Shown here: piece after piece, positions 1 through 10,394 of the stretch
Numbering within the stretch: position 1 is the first letter of the stretch
How the letters are laid out: each line of letters begins with the position of its first letter
NCBI GenBank assembly: GCA_964234715.1
Contig: OZ174278.1
DNA length: 64,000 bases
Strand: one strand, 5' to 3'
Source: Podarcis melisellensis
Lineage: Eukaryota
Notes under the pieces: generated by a model
What the model was told of the DNA's origin: nothing
The model's input: only the letters and a program-made list of their open reading frames with translations
Database searches by the model: none
Position numbers and translations under genes: made by a program

Positions 1-700
1 TGGACTCACAGCCGTCCATGGAGGTGCAGGGCAATTCTGTGAGCAGGGCAGCTGTTTACCAGCTCCATCTGGTACGCAGGCTGAGACCCTATCTGCCAGC
101 AGACTGTCTCGCCAGAGTGGTATATGCTCTGGTTATCTCTCGCTTGGACTACTGCAATGTGCTCTATGTGGGAGTACCTTTGAAGGTGACCCAGAAACTA
201 CAACTAATTCATAATGCGGCAGCTAAACTGGTGATTGGGACCGGCTGCCGAGACCACATAACACCGGTATTGAAAGATCTACATTGGTTCCCAGTACGTT
301 TCTGTGCACAATTCAAAGTCTTGGTGCTGACCTTTAAAGCCCTAAATGGCCTCGGTCCAGTATACCTGAAGGAGCATCTCAACCCCCATCTTTCTACCCG
401 GACACTGAGGTCCAGCGCCGAGGGCCTTCTGTTGGTTCCCTCACTGTGAGAAGCCAAGTTACACGGAACCAGGCAGAGGGCCTTCTCAGTAGTGGCACCC
501 ACCCCGTGGAACACCCTCACATCAGATATCAAAGAGAACAACAATTACCAGACTTTTAGAAGACATCTGAAGGCAGCCCTGTTTAGGGAAGCTTTTAATG
601 TTTGACAGACTACTGTATTTTAATATTTTGTTGGAAGTCGCTCAGAGTGGCTGGGGAAACCCAGCCAGATGGGTGGAGTATAAATAATAAATTATTATTA
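1..700 (+). mobile_element. L2-clade LINE, 3' part (ORF2 C-terminus, 3' UTR, simple-repeat tail); continues left of the window
   Basis: ORF 18-449 has the typical L2 ORF2 C-terminal signature ISRLDYCN..L.G.P......LQL.HNAAA.L......DHITPVLKDLHW.PV....FKVLVLTFKALNGLGP.YL; a TGA at 447-449 interrupts it; it ends in taaataataaattattatta followed by (cta)n. Confidence 0.92.
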
Positions 701-730
701 TTACTACTACTACTACTACTACTACTACTA
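691..730. repeat. (TTA)n/(CTA)n microsatellite forming the L2 tail
   Basis: attattattattactactactactactactactactacta seen directly. Confidence 0.95.
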
Positions 731-733
731 GGA

Positions 734-846
734 TGTGTCCAGTGCTAATCCTCATTGGACTAGACCTGTTACAATTAATTGACCTAAATTAGTCATTTTC
801 ATTCATTTCAGTAGGTTTCCTTTGAGAAGGATTAGCACTGGACACA
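734..846. mobile_element. Short palindromic MITE-like element with perfect 19-bp terminal inverted repeats
   Basis: tgtgtccagtgctaatcct (734-752) is the exact reverse complement of aggattagcactggacaca (828-846); the interior resembles the degenerate palindrome at about 24985-25090. Confidence 0.6.
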
Positions 847-2559
847 ATACATTAGTCCAGTATACATTTGTATTATAAGGTGTTTTGCATGTTTGATAAA
901 TTGATTTTTTAATTAATGTTCTATCGGAGGTGTTTGCAAATCCCCTGTCATGAAACAATATCATTCAGATGTGATATCAACCAGTAGCTATCAACCTAAC
1001 CCAATCCACACTACAGCATTGTCAATCGACAATTACTGTTCTTCAAACCTTTGTACACACTCCCTGCCAACTGGGGAAGTGTAAACACTCCCATTTGCTT
1101 TGGATCTGCTGGTATGGGAATCCATACCTCTCTTGTATCTATCCTATAGTTTATTATGGGATTCTGCATTTTGATGCATCCCCCCCAAAAAAAACCCCCC
1201 AGATAAGATTTGAATTGAGAAAAAGAATGACCTAGCTATATTTCGAGCTGGTAATGTGTACACAGCCTGAGAGAGCCTGCTCTTGTGAAACAAGCTGGAA
1301 AGCAATAGGGAATGAAAGCTCCTAAAGGCTTCAGTGAGATCAGCCTCTGCAATGACTCATCTTTTGTTGTTATTTCCCATCACAGGCGTCCTCCTAGTGG
1401 AAATTTCTTGACATTCAGGGTGTGATATTAAAAAATGGTTTGAAGTTCTCTTGGGTCCACTCTACCAGCTTTCTAATTTCAGTATGCATGAGAATACAAG
1501 CAGTTCCTAGGACAAGGCAGATGAAAGAAAGTGGAAAACAAAAAGATTAAAAATCAGATTAATCTGGAAAAGTCAGATCAAAGCAGTGTTAACAAAATGC
1601 TTCGCCAAAAGAAACTCATCATTTTTAAGCACCTCAAGCAAACTAATTTTAACACGGAGAGGGTGGGATGCAAGCTTTTCTTTTATTTGAAAACTGGGAT
1701 CCTTAGTATAGAAGAAAGCATTTACTGAATTGAGTGAAAACAATAAGGGGAGGGGGAGGACAACAAAACCAACAACATTAATGGAATTAATGGAGCTACT
1801 GTTTGAATATAAAACATTTTAAAAATTACATTCTGAGGAATTCTCAATGCATGCAATCTTACTGCACTGCTACCCTGGTCCAAATATTTGTTCTAGGCTT
1901 GCAGAGAAATCCCCTCCTGTACTAGAGATAGGCTAGCATGCATACATTCTAGTACACAGAGAGAAAAACTGAAATTCTGTTAAAAAGAAGAGGTTTGCTG
2001 TAGCCACGTGCCCCTGTTTATCTAATCCAAGATGCTTCTGCAGGCTGTGATGATAGGAATGTTAGTTTCAGGCCATTTCATGCATAAACCTGAGCTTGCC
2101 ACTCAAGTCCAAGCAACAAGAGGAGTGTGCTTATATGATAAGCATGTTTCAGAACTAGTTTACATTTTTATAAATCAGATTATTTTTTAAAAAGTGTATA
2201 GCTAAAGAAAAATAGCCTGGTCCACATGACACGGTAAGCCAAACTATGAGAATCTGGGAACACACAAACATGTAGTTTTCTGGAGAGGAACTTACAGATG
2301 CTTTGCTCATCCACAGTCTGTTTTGGGGGTTTTTTTTACTTCTGTGCTATGCTGAGCTAAGACAAGGTTTGGCTTAACCAGTGGTCAGTCGTCCAAAAGC
2401 AGCTAGAGACCCAAGTTTGGTAAACAGTGCACTACGTCATAGTTGTGATGCCCTGCAGTGCTCCCTAGCTGTGGCGCCCAGTGTAGTAGAACTGGTTGCA
2501 CTACCCTAAATTCCCCTCTGTCCTATGCTTACATGTCATACTATCTACATAGTTGTTAA

Positions 2560-2730
2560 TTATTATATTTATTATTATTATTAATAATACCCCACCCATC
2601 TGGCTGGGTTTCCCCAGTCAATCTGGGCAGCTTCCAACAAAATGCTAAAAATACAATAAAACATCAGACATTACAAACTTCCCTAAATAGGGCTGCCTTC
2701 AGATGTCTTCTATAAGTCAGATAGTTGTTT
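2560..2730 (-). mobile_element. L2 LINE 3'-end fragment, same family as 1-700, inverted
   Basis: cccacccatctggctgggtttccccag...ccctaaatagggctgccttcagatgtcttcta is the reverse complement of about 540-700; the (tta)n tail lies on the left. Confidence 0.9.
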
Positions 2731-2751
2731 AACCATAGAACTTGCTCTCAC

Positions 2752-3020
2752 TGTGATGGCTACCAACTTGGATGGCTGTAAAGCAGGATATGACAAAGTC
2801 ATGAAGAATAAGGCTATTAGTGGCTACTGAGTTCTGCTCTATGGCTGGAGACAGGAATGCTTCTGAACAGCAGTTGCTCAAAAGCACAGGAGAAGAGAGC
2901 GGTCTTGTGCTTGTGCCTGCTAGCAGGCTTCCCAAAGGCATTTCATTGACCACTGCGAGACCAGGATCCTGGACTGAATGGGTCATTGTCCTGATCCAGC
3001 AGGCTCATCTCACTTTCTTG
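2752..3020 (+). mobile_element. CR1 LINE 3' fragment
   Basis: Translates as MATNLDGCKAGYDKVMKNKAISGY* (decayed CR1 ORF2 end), followed by a 3' UTR ending ...ggactgaatgggtcattgtcctgatccagcaggctc, similar to 13570-13812. Confidence 0.8.
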
Positions 3021-3263
3021 TGTTCATACCAAAGAAATTCAGCCATATGCTCTAAATCAGTGAGAGTGGTTCATGAGCAAAAGCAGCTTTTTCCTCCCAT
3101 AATTCCCATTTCTGGAGAAAAACTCTTCTTCCCCAGCCAACTAAGAGTAGTGTGGGATAGAGGAGCTTTGCATTAGCTTTCAGAAGGAAGCGAGGTATGA
3201 AGTGATGTGTGGATATGTCACCAGGAACAGTTAGGATGGTGTCACTTCAATGAGCAACATTTC

Positions 3264-3546
3264 GCCCCACTCCTTGAATGGGGACCCCTTGAGGGGCACC
3301 CCTATCCGATGTAAGTCGTAGGGCAACTCCACTCCCCAGTTGGGTTTACACTCAGACCCACCTCCAGCAGATGGGCCAGAGTGGATTGGAAGTGGCTTCA
3401 CCCAGTGGTTATTGCCAAACCTTCACATCTGTAACCAATAAAGTTGTGGCCTTAATTTATCCTATAAACAAATATACTGTTATTTGTCTAGGGAACAGGG
3501 TGGTCATAAGGAAGACTTGAGATGGTGCCAACCCAGACACTGGCCT
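3264..3546 (+). mobile_element. Degenerate terminal-repeat fragment of an Ngaro/DIRS-like family, flanked by a 19-bp direct repeat
   Basis: Contains tgccaaacc...caataaagttgtggcc, shared with 8138-8174 and with the minus strand of the 17.4-kb and 44.3-kb elements; cttcaatgagcaacatttc occurs at both 3245-3263 and 3547-3565. Confidence 0.55.
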
Positions 3547-4697
3547 CTTCAATGAGCAACATTTCACCCACCATCCCATTCCCCAATTGTCAGCACAGGT
3601 AATATTGCTTCTGCGCTGAGTATTTTTTCCCCTTTTGCTTTTTTTTCCAGGCTGCCCATGGAAAGTCATCCATTTTTTGGCTATACTGCACCCGGAGAAT
3701 TATTGGCTGAGGTGGTATCATATAGAAAGAATTGGCCATGTCTGTAGGACACAGCATGCTGAAAATTCACAATAGTGGATCTTTATGGGGAGATGGTTTC
3801 CTATACTGGCTCTGTAGATCTGTCAGCCCCAGGGACAAAGAAGAACCCGTCTCTGAAGTTTAATCAGTTCAAACCCTCATGACTGTGGGACTGGGTGAGT
3901 AGGTAGTAAATTGAAAGGACTTTCCTCCACACCTAAATTCCATAGGATGATTGCAGGTAAATTCCTGTCCACAATCCAAATCAGAGTTGACCCACCAATT
4001 GAAATTGACACAGGAAAGTCAACAGCTCTTGCCTCCGGATTGCTAGACCTGCCAGTGTTGACCAATGGAAGGAGGACAGAAGTTTGCAGCAGGCACTGAA
4101 CCATATGTTGCACGCTAACATCTCTGGAATAGGATCACTTAGAAATAAAAAAGGTAGCATAATGGCCTTTGGGTTTGTGCTGTCGGCTGGCATGGCAGGA
4201 ACTGAGCCACTTAAAATTCATTCTTATTATAATGGTGAATATGCATACTCTCTGACATAAAGGAGTGAAGTTTTGCAAACACCAGCAACATCACAGGAAA
4301 GATTTAGAAAGGCTGCTCAGTAATGTGAATTTTTAGCAGCACTATGCAGCCTTCTTTCTCATCTGAAAGTCATTTCATATCATAGAATCTATCTGTATAT
4401 ATGAATGAAATTCCAATGCTTCTCTGTAGCATGCCAGGCAACGCTTATCAACAATTGTAAATCTAGCATAAAATATATAGTTCAAAAATGTAGGATTAAA
4501 AAAAAAGGCTCAACATGTGAAACTTCAAATTGTGTAGTTAAAATTTGACAGCATTTGAGGAACACTAGCGTGGAGACAGAAAGAAAAAAAAATTCTATTA
4601 ACTCAATATACTTTCACTGAGCTGTTTTGAAAGTCCAAGTCTCAACATAAAAATATGTATAGTTCCTAGTGGAATATTATATATAGCCTAAAGCTTG

Positions 4698-4699
4698 AT

Positions 4700-4739
<40 letters not shown>

Positions 4740-4748
4740 TTTATTTAT
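4698..4748. repeat. (TTTA)n microsatellite
   Basis: Seen directly. Confidence 0.95.
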
Positions 4749-4807
4749 CCAAGTGCCATTGGATTCAATGGGACCTGCACCCAGGTAAGCAACCCCCTAT
4801 TCCACAC

Positions 4808-5001
4808 ACAGCTACAATTTTCAGAGTGGTTTAAAAGCCAATCATCCTTCACAGGGAATTCTGTGAACTGTGACTCTTTGAGGGGAACTGGGGTATCCTC
4901 GCAAAGCACAGCACTGTTAACAAACTACAGCTCCCAGAATTATTTGGGGAAAACCATTACCATTTAAAGCGCTATCATAAATGTTTGGTGTAAATGGGAC
5001 C
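4808..5001. mobile_element. Partial copy of a palindromic MITE family (see 52931-53224)
   Basis: aaactacagctcccagaattatttggggaaaaccat...tttaaag matches 53138-53185 and the related stretch at 31992-32040. Confidence 0.65.
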
Positions 5002-5929
5002 CTAGACAGCAACAGCAATACAGGTTCTAACTAACTCTGTGATGAGCCTACCACGTTAGCAAATTATCACTTAGGATTTTACACACTGACCTTCATGCCA
5101 GAATAACAATGCTAGGCTGGCAGTGTAAATCAGGCCTTGATGCCTGTAGGACAATGTGAGCTACGGCCACTACGCTGCTACAAAAAGCAACAATAGACAG
5201 AAATGTCACTGCCTGTTGCTCAGAGCTGTTATGAAGCCCATAAATAATAGTCAAGAATGAGGTATGGTGAATGCAAGATTAGTGCAGGATAGTGGACAAA
5301 TCACCTACATACCATCCTAAGGGCATTAGAGTCATGAGGGAGCCATCTGTGTCAGCACGACCCTATTTGTGTGATATATGATAGTAAGCCGTTTCAATGT
5401 AGTACCAATATATTTCCGAGTGTATTCTGTGAAGCAACATTTTGTCACCTGTGATATGCCTGACCTATTATTTGGTTTTGTAGAAGATTATGGAAGAAGA
5501 CGTACATTTTAATTTACTCACAGGTCCGACCAAATGTTACATGGACCATATTACAGATTTTTGCATGACCTTGCAAAGGTTTGTTTGTTATATTAAGCTT
5601 TTAAACGTTCCTTGTTGTGGTGTTTTGGCACATAGGCGGATCATTCCTTCTCTTTTCTAGCGCTTTCTTGGGAAAGAGTTTAAGCAGAAATAAAGTTTTA
5701 ATCTATACTCTATAACAGCTGATGCAAAGAAAAACACTTTACGTACAGCAATTTTAATTATCATTTTTCTTCCTCTGGAATGATGCAGCTAGGAATCTGG
5801 GTATGGCCCCTGGATATGGTCTGAACGTACACAAGGGGAAGGATGCATTCAGCAGCTAATTCCATCGCATTTCATTTCCACTGTCTCCCTATCATTGGTC
5901 TGGGGTATTTGGGGAGAGGTTTTGTTGGG

Positions 5930-6147
5930 AGCTTTTGCTATTGTTACTGATATTAACTGATATTAACTTTTTGTATCTTTATTTTTAGGTGGAAATTGTT
6001 CTGTTTGGTTATGTAGTTTTTAATGTGTTTTATTTATTTTCATGACCACTTTGCTATGTTTGTAATTATGTAAATCTTTTCATATTGTAAGCTGCCTTCA
6101 GCATTGTTTTAACTGTGCAAAGGCAGCATACAAATAAAATGATGATG
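5930..6147 (+). mobile_element. Old L2-like 3' UTR and tail fragment
   Basis: T-rich run, then tgtaagctgcctt...aaggcagcatacaaataaaatgatgatg, an L2-type terminal stem-loop plus tail. Confidence 0.5.
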
Positions 6148-6256
6148 GTCTGCTCCATTCCAATCTTGTTCTGTTCCAATCTATATCACTCTATCCCATT
6201 GTGTAAACTTATCATGTAAATTACAGGGTTGTTTTTTTTTCAATGTATTCACCCAT

Positions 6257-6504
6257 AAGAAGAAGAAGAAGAGTTTGGATTTGATATCCCGCCTTTCACT
6301 CCCCTTCAGGAGTCTCAAAGCGGCTAACATTCTCCTTTCCCTTCTTCCCCCACAACAAACACTTTGTGAGGTGAGTGGGGCTGAGAGACTTCAGAGAAGT
6401 ATGACTGGCCCAAGGTCACCCAGCAGCTGCACGTGGAGGAGCGGAGACCCGAACCCGGTTACCCAGATTACGAGACTACCGCTCTTAACCACTACACCAC
6501 ACTG
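6257..6504 (-). mobile_element. tRNA-derived SINE with (CTT)n tail (Squam3-like), young and apparently full length
   Basis: The minus strand reads cagtgtggtgtagtggttaagagc (A box) ... ccgggttcgggtctcc (B-box-like) ... gggtgaccttgggccagtca (CORE-like) ... and ends in (ctt)n; CpGs are retained. Confidence 0.88.
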
Positions 6505-7869
6505 CAGAATATGTATTTTTGTGTATACTTTTTGGGCAGCAAATATAAAATCAGAGAAGTGTGTAATCCAGCTGAGAGTTGTGTTCCACTCTGCAATCAA
6601 GTTTAGGAGCATCAGAGTGGGCTGATCCAGTGGGGGGGGGAGTGGGGTGAACAAATTATCTTCCCCTCCCACCCATACATGAGATCATCACCTTGCTGAA
6701 GCGAAGAAGGTGTATAAGTGCCTGAATGGGTGACTTCCTGTGAAGCTCATGTGTGCTATCTTGGGTTCTGTAAATGGAATAAATGCAGGGTATAAATTTA
6801 AACAAACAAACAAACAAATTGCTAATTCGTTTAGATGGTTAGGAATGTTATGCTACAAATTTAAAATAATGAAACATTAATGCCAGTTCTTATTATTTGA
6901 AACAACTTTAGGATCTGTAGATGCAAGATGAAATTTAAATCTCTGTGCATAACTGTGAAACATCAGCACATTCAGTGAACAGTCATCCTTTCGAAGGATG
7001 TAAGAGGCAGGGATCCTGATAATTTAATAGTTCTGTAGGAGAAGACATTGCAGTTTGTGCAGTTTTTCATAGCTCTCCACCTTTTATACCTGCTGCTAAA
7101 GGTGTAGAAACCCATTCGCCTCAGGGATTCATCCGCACCTTGTCACAGTGTGCTGCTGATACCTGTTTCCTGAAACAGCAGATTAGAGACAATATCACAC
7201 CAGGTAGTGTACTGCTCATGGAATTATCACTACTGTGTTGTACCAGGAACTTGACTTGTGCCACATTCATTTCTCATGCCTTTAAGGAACTGTTTGTACA
7301 TGCCCTTGTAAGGCTGCAATGAGGTTCAGCTAATTAACACCATAGAAGAACTTTGGGAGAGTGCTTGGTGATTCACTTTAGATTATTGCTATTATTTTTG
7401 ACAAATAACTCCAGCTGAGAAAGGACCATAGCTAGCTGATGAAATAATGACCTTTCCACAGACTCCAGTGCGATCTCAACCAGCGGAATTTCAGCTTCCA
7501 AGGCACATCACAGACTCAAATGTCAGCTTAAAATTGTAATGAGAACCTGTCATTACAACATTCGTATTCAGGCTCATCACTCAGGGATCAAAGCATATAC
7601 ACTTTGCTTCTGCCTTGACACATCAATATAACAATACATCAGCATTAGTTGTTTTTGTTTCATTTTTAAAAAATAAGGTTTCCATTTGTTTTGACCAACT
7701 CTATTATGAGTGCCTTTCCCAAAGCTAACATGCATTTATGCACATATGCATTTCCCACAAACAAAAGCCACTCAAGCTATGCAGGATACTTTCCAGGGAC
7801 CCTGAGATACTAGGAGACAGCTCCCCCCAGTGTCTGATGGCTCTATTCCCTCATTGGGAATTTTGGCTC

Positions 7870-8262
7870 GTGCAGCGGTTTAGTAGGCATAGAGTAACCT
7901 TAGTCTTGGTTGGGGGAGTATCCTTACTTCCCCCTCCTGAAATAGGGTATTCCATTAAAGGGATCTGTGATGGAGCTGCTTGCGTCCATTTGCCCAGATG
8001 GGGGCTTGGGTCTCAGCCCTTGAACCCTGTGGGGATCCCCCTATTTGATGCAAGTCACAGGAATCCCCACTGCCGGGTTGATCCTGATGTCATTTCTGGC
8101 AGACGGACCAGAAATAAATGCTTACCGAATGCCTATGCCAAACCACTTCATCTGTTGTCAATAAAGTTGTGGCCTGTTTCAATCCCATTCAACTGTGTGG
8201 TCTTGTTTATTTGGTAGCTCATCTGAACGAAGAACGGCAGAGGGTGCAACTTGGGGCTGCAA
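7870..8262 (+). mobile_element. Degenerate terminal (B-type) repeat of an Ngaro/DIRS-like family
   Basis: Ordered motifs taggcatagagtaa / agggtattccattaaagggatctg / aatgcctatgccaaacc / caataaagttgtggcc are colinear with the reverse complement of 44289-44654. Confidence 0.65.
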
Positions 8263-8298
8263 TACATTCAGTTGCCCACATTTCTTCAGCAAGTTGTG

Positions 8299-8299
<1 letters not shown>

Positions 8300-8346
<47 letters not shown>
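8300..8346. repeat. (TTTA)n microsatellite
   Basis: Seen directly. Confidence 0.95.
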
Positions 8347-8347
<1 letters not shown>

Positions 8348-8359
8348 AAATCCTAATGA

Positions 8360-8658
8360 TCCCCCCCATTTTTGTATGCAGTTTTGAACAGTGTATACAT
8401 TTTTGCCCACAATTTCCCTTAATTTCCCTTAATACACATTCTGTATGTTATTTTCACCAATTTCTTCATTTCTTTGCACATTTCTTTGTAATATGTGCAT
8501 TTTTGTAAACACTGCTTCATTGGAGAACTGCATTCAAAATCCACATTTCAGATTTCACTGAATGGTTGTGTTTTCATTCTCTAACTGTTTTTGAATGTGC
8601 GAATTTGATAGATTCAGCTTTAAAATATGCACTGACTCAAATTTTCCCCACACCCCTA
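8360..8658. mobile_element. Old AT-rich non-autonomous DNA-transposon-like repeat, related to 49820-50226
   Basis: Both copies share tgtatgt(t/c)attttcac, ttgtgttt and a terminal caaattt(t/c)..ccc...cccta motif. Confidence 0.5.
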
Positions 8659-8689
8659 ACACATACCTACCTCCACTTCTCTCCAGCTT

Positions 8690-8862
8690 CCACTCAGACA
8701 AGCAAGAGGCATCACAGTTCTAAGATACATTCCAGCCAAGCATGACCATGAGGACAGTAAGAAGCAGGGTTGGTTAAGGAGAGTTGGCTGGGGAGAGTCC
8801 CAAGGCTCAGTTACAGAGACCAGGAGGTCTGCATTGGAGCCCCAGGCTTGAAGTTCCCTATC
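8690..8862 (-). mobile_element. Old hAT-like MITE fragment, related to 23107-23400 and 29301-29620
   Basis: The reverse complement contains ccttgggactctccc...ccctgct...tggctggaatgt...gaactgtgatg, as in the two plus-strand copies. Confidence 0.55.
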
Positions 8863-10116
8863 ACAAGTAGAGAATCCTTATAACTTTTTTATTTTTTAAA
8901 AAAACAAGCCCAATCTTAAGGTTCCCCTGAAACAGGAAAATGTATTGGGTTTCACAAAAGGAAGACTTCATTCAAAATGAGCTGTGTTCTAAGTTTGGAC
9001 ATTTTCTGCAAATGTGTATTGAGTTAATTAACTTGGTGTTCCCAAGAACAGTAAAATAGGCCCTTCACCTGTTTGGTAAGTGATGTCCATGAAATGTCCT
9101 GAAAATTATTCCTATGCATTTGGTTCTATTTTCCAAATCCAGAAATGCCATTACCCTTAGTGTTTATTGCACAGTTGTCTGTAGAGAAGAGATCACCACA
9201 TAAGTCTAGCAAAATCACAGCAGCATTCTGGCCAGCAGGGAAACTGGCAGATGATGGGAAAACATAGATGTAGAAATAAATATTTTCCTTTCTTTCTTTT
9301 TATTTATTTTGCTGTGGAAATAACAGTAGCTTGAAGAAGGAGACATCTGTTAAACTTGAAAACATCTACACTCACAGGCACTGAAGTTGTTACCACACAA
9401 AGGAAATGCAGCAGATACAAGCCAGTTCTAGTCACCTGTCATTCGCTCTCTTGAACCAGCTAAAAAAAAAGTAAATCAAGAGCCAAACTAGCAGTTGTCA
9501 AGCATGGCTCCTCTTTTTGCTAGACTTGGTTTGTTTATCTCTCATAATAAGCTAAAACTTGACATTGCACTTCTTTTTGTCTGGTTGGCTTCAGCAACAG
9601 CTGACTTGATGCAGCTGACTTTCACAGCAATTGTCATAGAATGGAAATGAGTCAGTAATATAATGGCTAAACTGAGCAACAATTCTAAGAGCCAATGGCT
9701 TAGAAGTACCACTCATGCTAATACAGAACAAGCAAAGTTGTTTGGGGGTGATATTGCTTCACCAGTCCTAGAGAATGTGAGAGACTAGCGGCATTTATGT
9801 TGATTCGCTTTCTTCCTGGATTTCTTTAAGGTGCATTATATTGCTTTTAGGATACAGTAAACGCCCAACCATTGTCTTCAATGCATGTATTGGTTCTTCT
9901 TTGTCCAACACTTGATCAAGATTCCTTTTTCTAAGTGGATCATGTGCCCATTGCAGGTATATTTAGTTGGGAATGACACCACACTGGGCTCTGCCATTCA
10001 AGCTGTAGTTTCTGAGGGAGACACAAGCTTTCCATATCTTTCCATATGGCCACCAGGTTCTTAACTGGACTCATGCTTTTTGTAAGGTTTCTTTAGAAGA
10101 GTAAATAAACTTGGCC

Positions 10117-10394
10117 CCGGGGGCGTAGGAAGGGGTGTGCGGGGGATGCAGCTCACCCCGGGTGTCATCACTGAGGGGGTGACAAAATGGCACACCGCGG
10201 GGGGGGGGGTGGCACTTAACCATTGGGCCTGGACCCTGCACCCGAGCCACGCGTCTTCCCTGGGAATGACATGGTGGCTCGGGCGCCACACTGCCTGAAA
10301 TGGCAGTGTGGGGCTTGCGTCTGCCAGGGGACTCTTTGAGCAGCTCGCCCCGTCCCCACTGCTCCGGGTGCTGGAGCAGCTAGCTATGCAGCTG
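10117..10394. mobile_element. GC-rich MITE-like element with degenerate TIRs
   Basis: An abrupt GC/CpG-rich island that begins ccgggggcgtagg and ends gctagctatgcagctg (imperfect inverted ends), with internal hairpins such as ccacactgcc...ggcagtgtgg. Confidence 0.55.

Noticed and set aside
3650-4193. Strong-looking splice acceptor at 3650 and several overlapping short ORFs (possible exon or viral relic)
   Set aside because: No recognisable protein motif in any frame, and stops in all frames; unsupported without a homology search.
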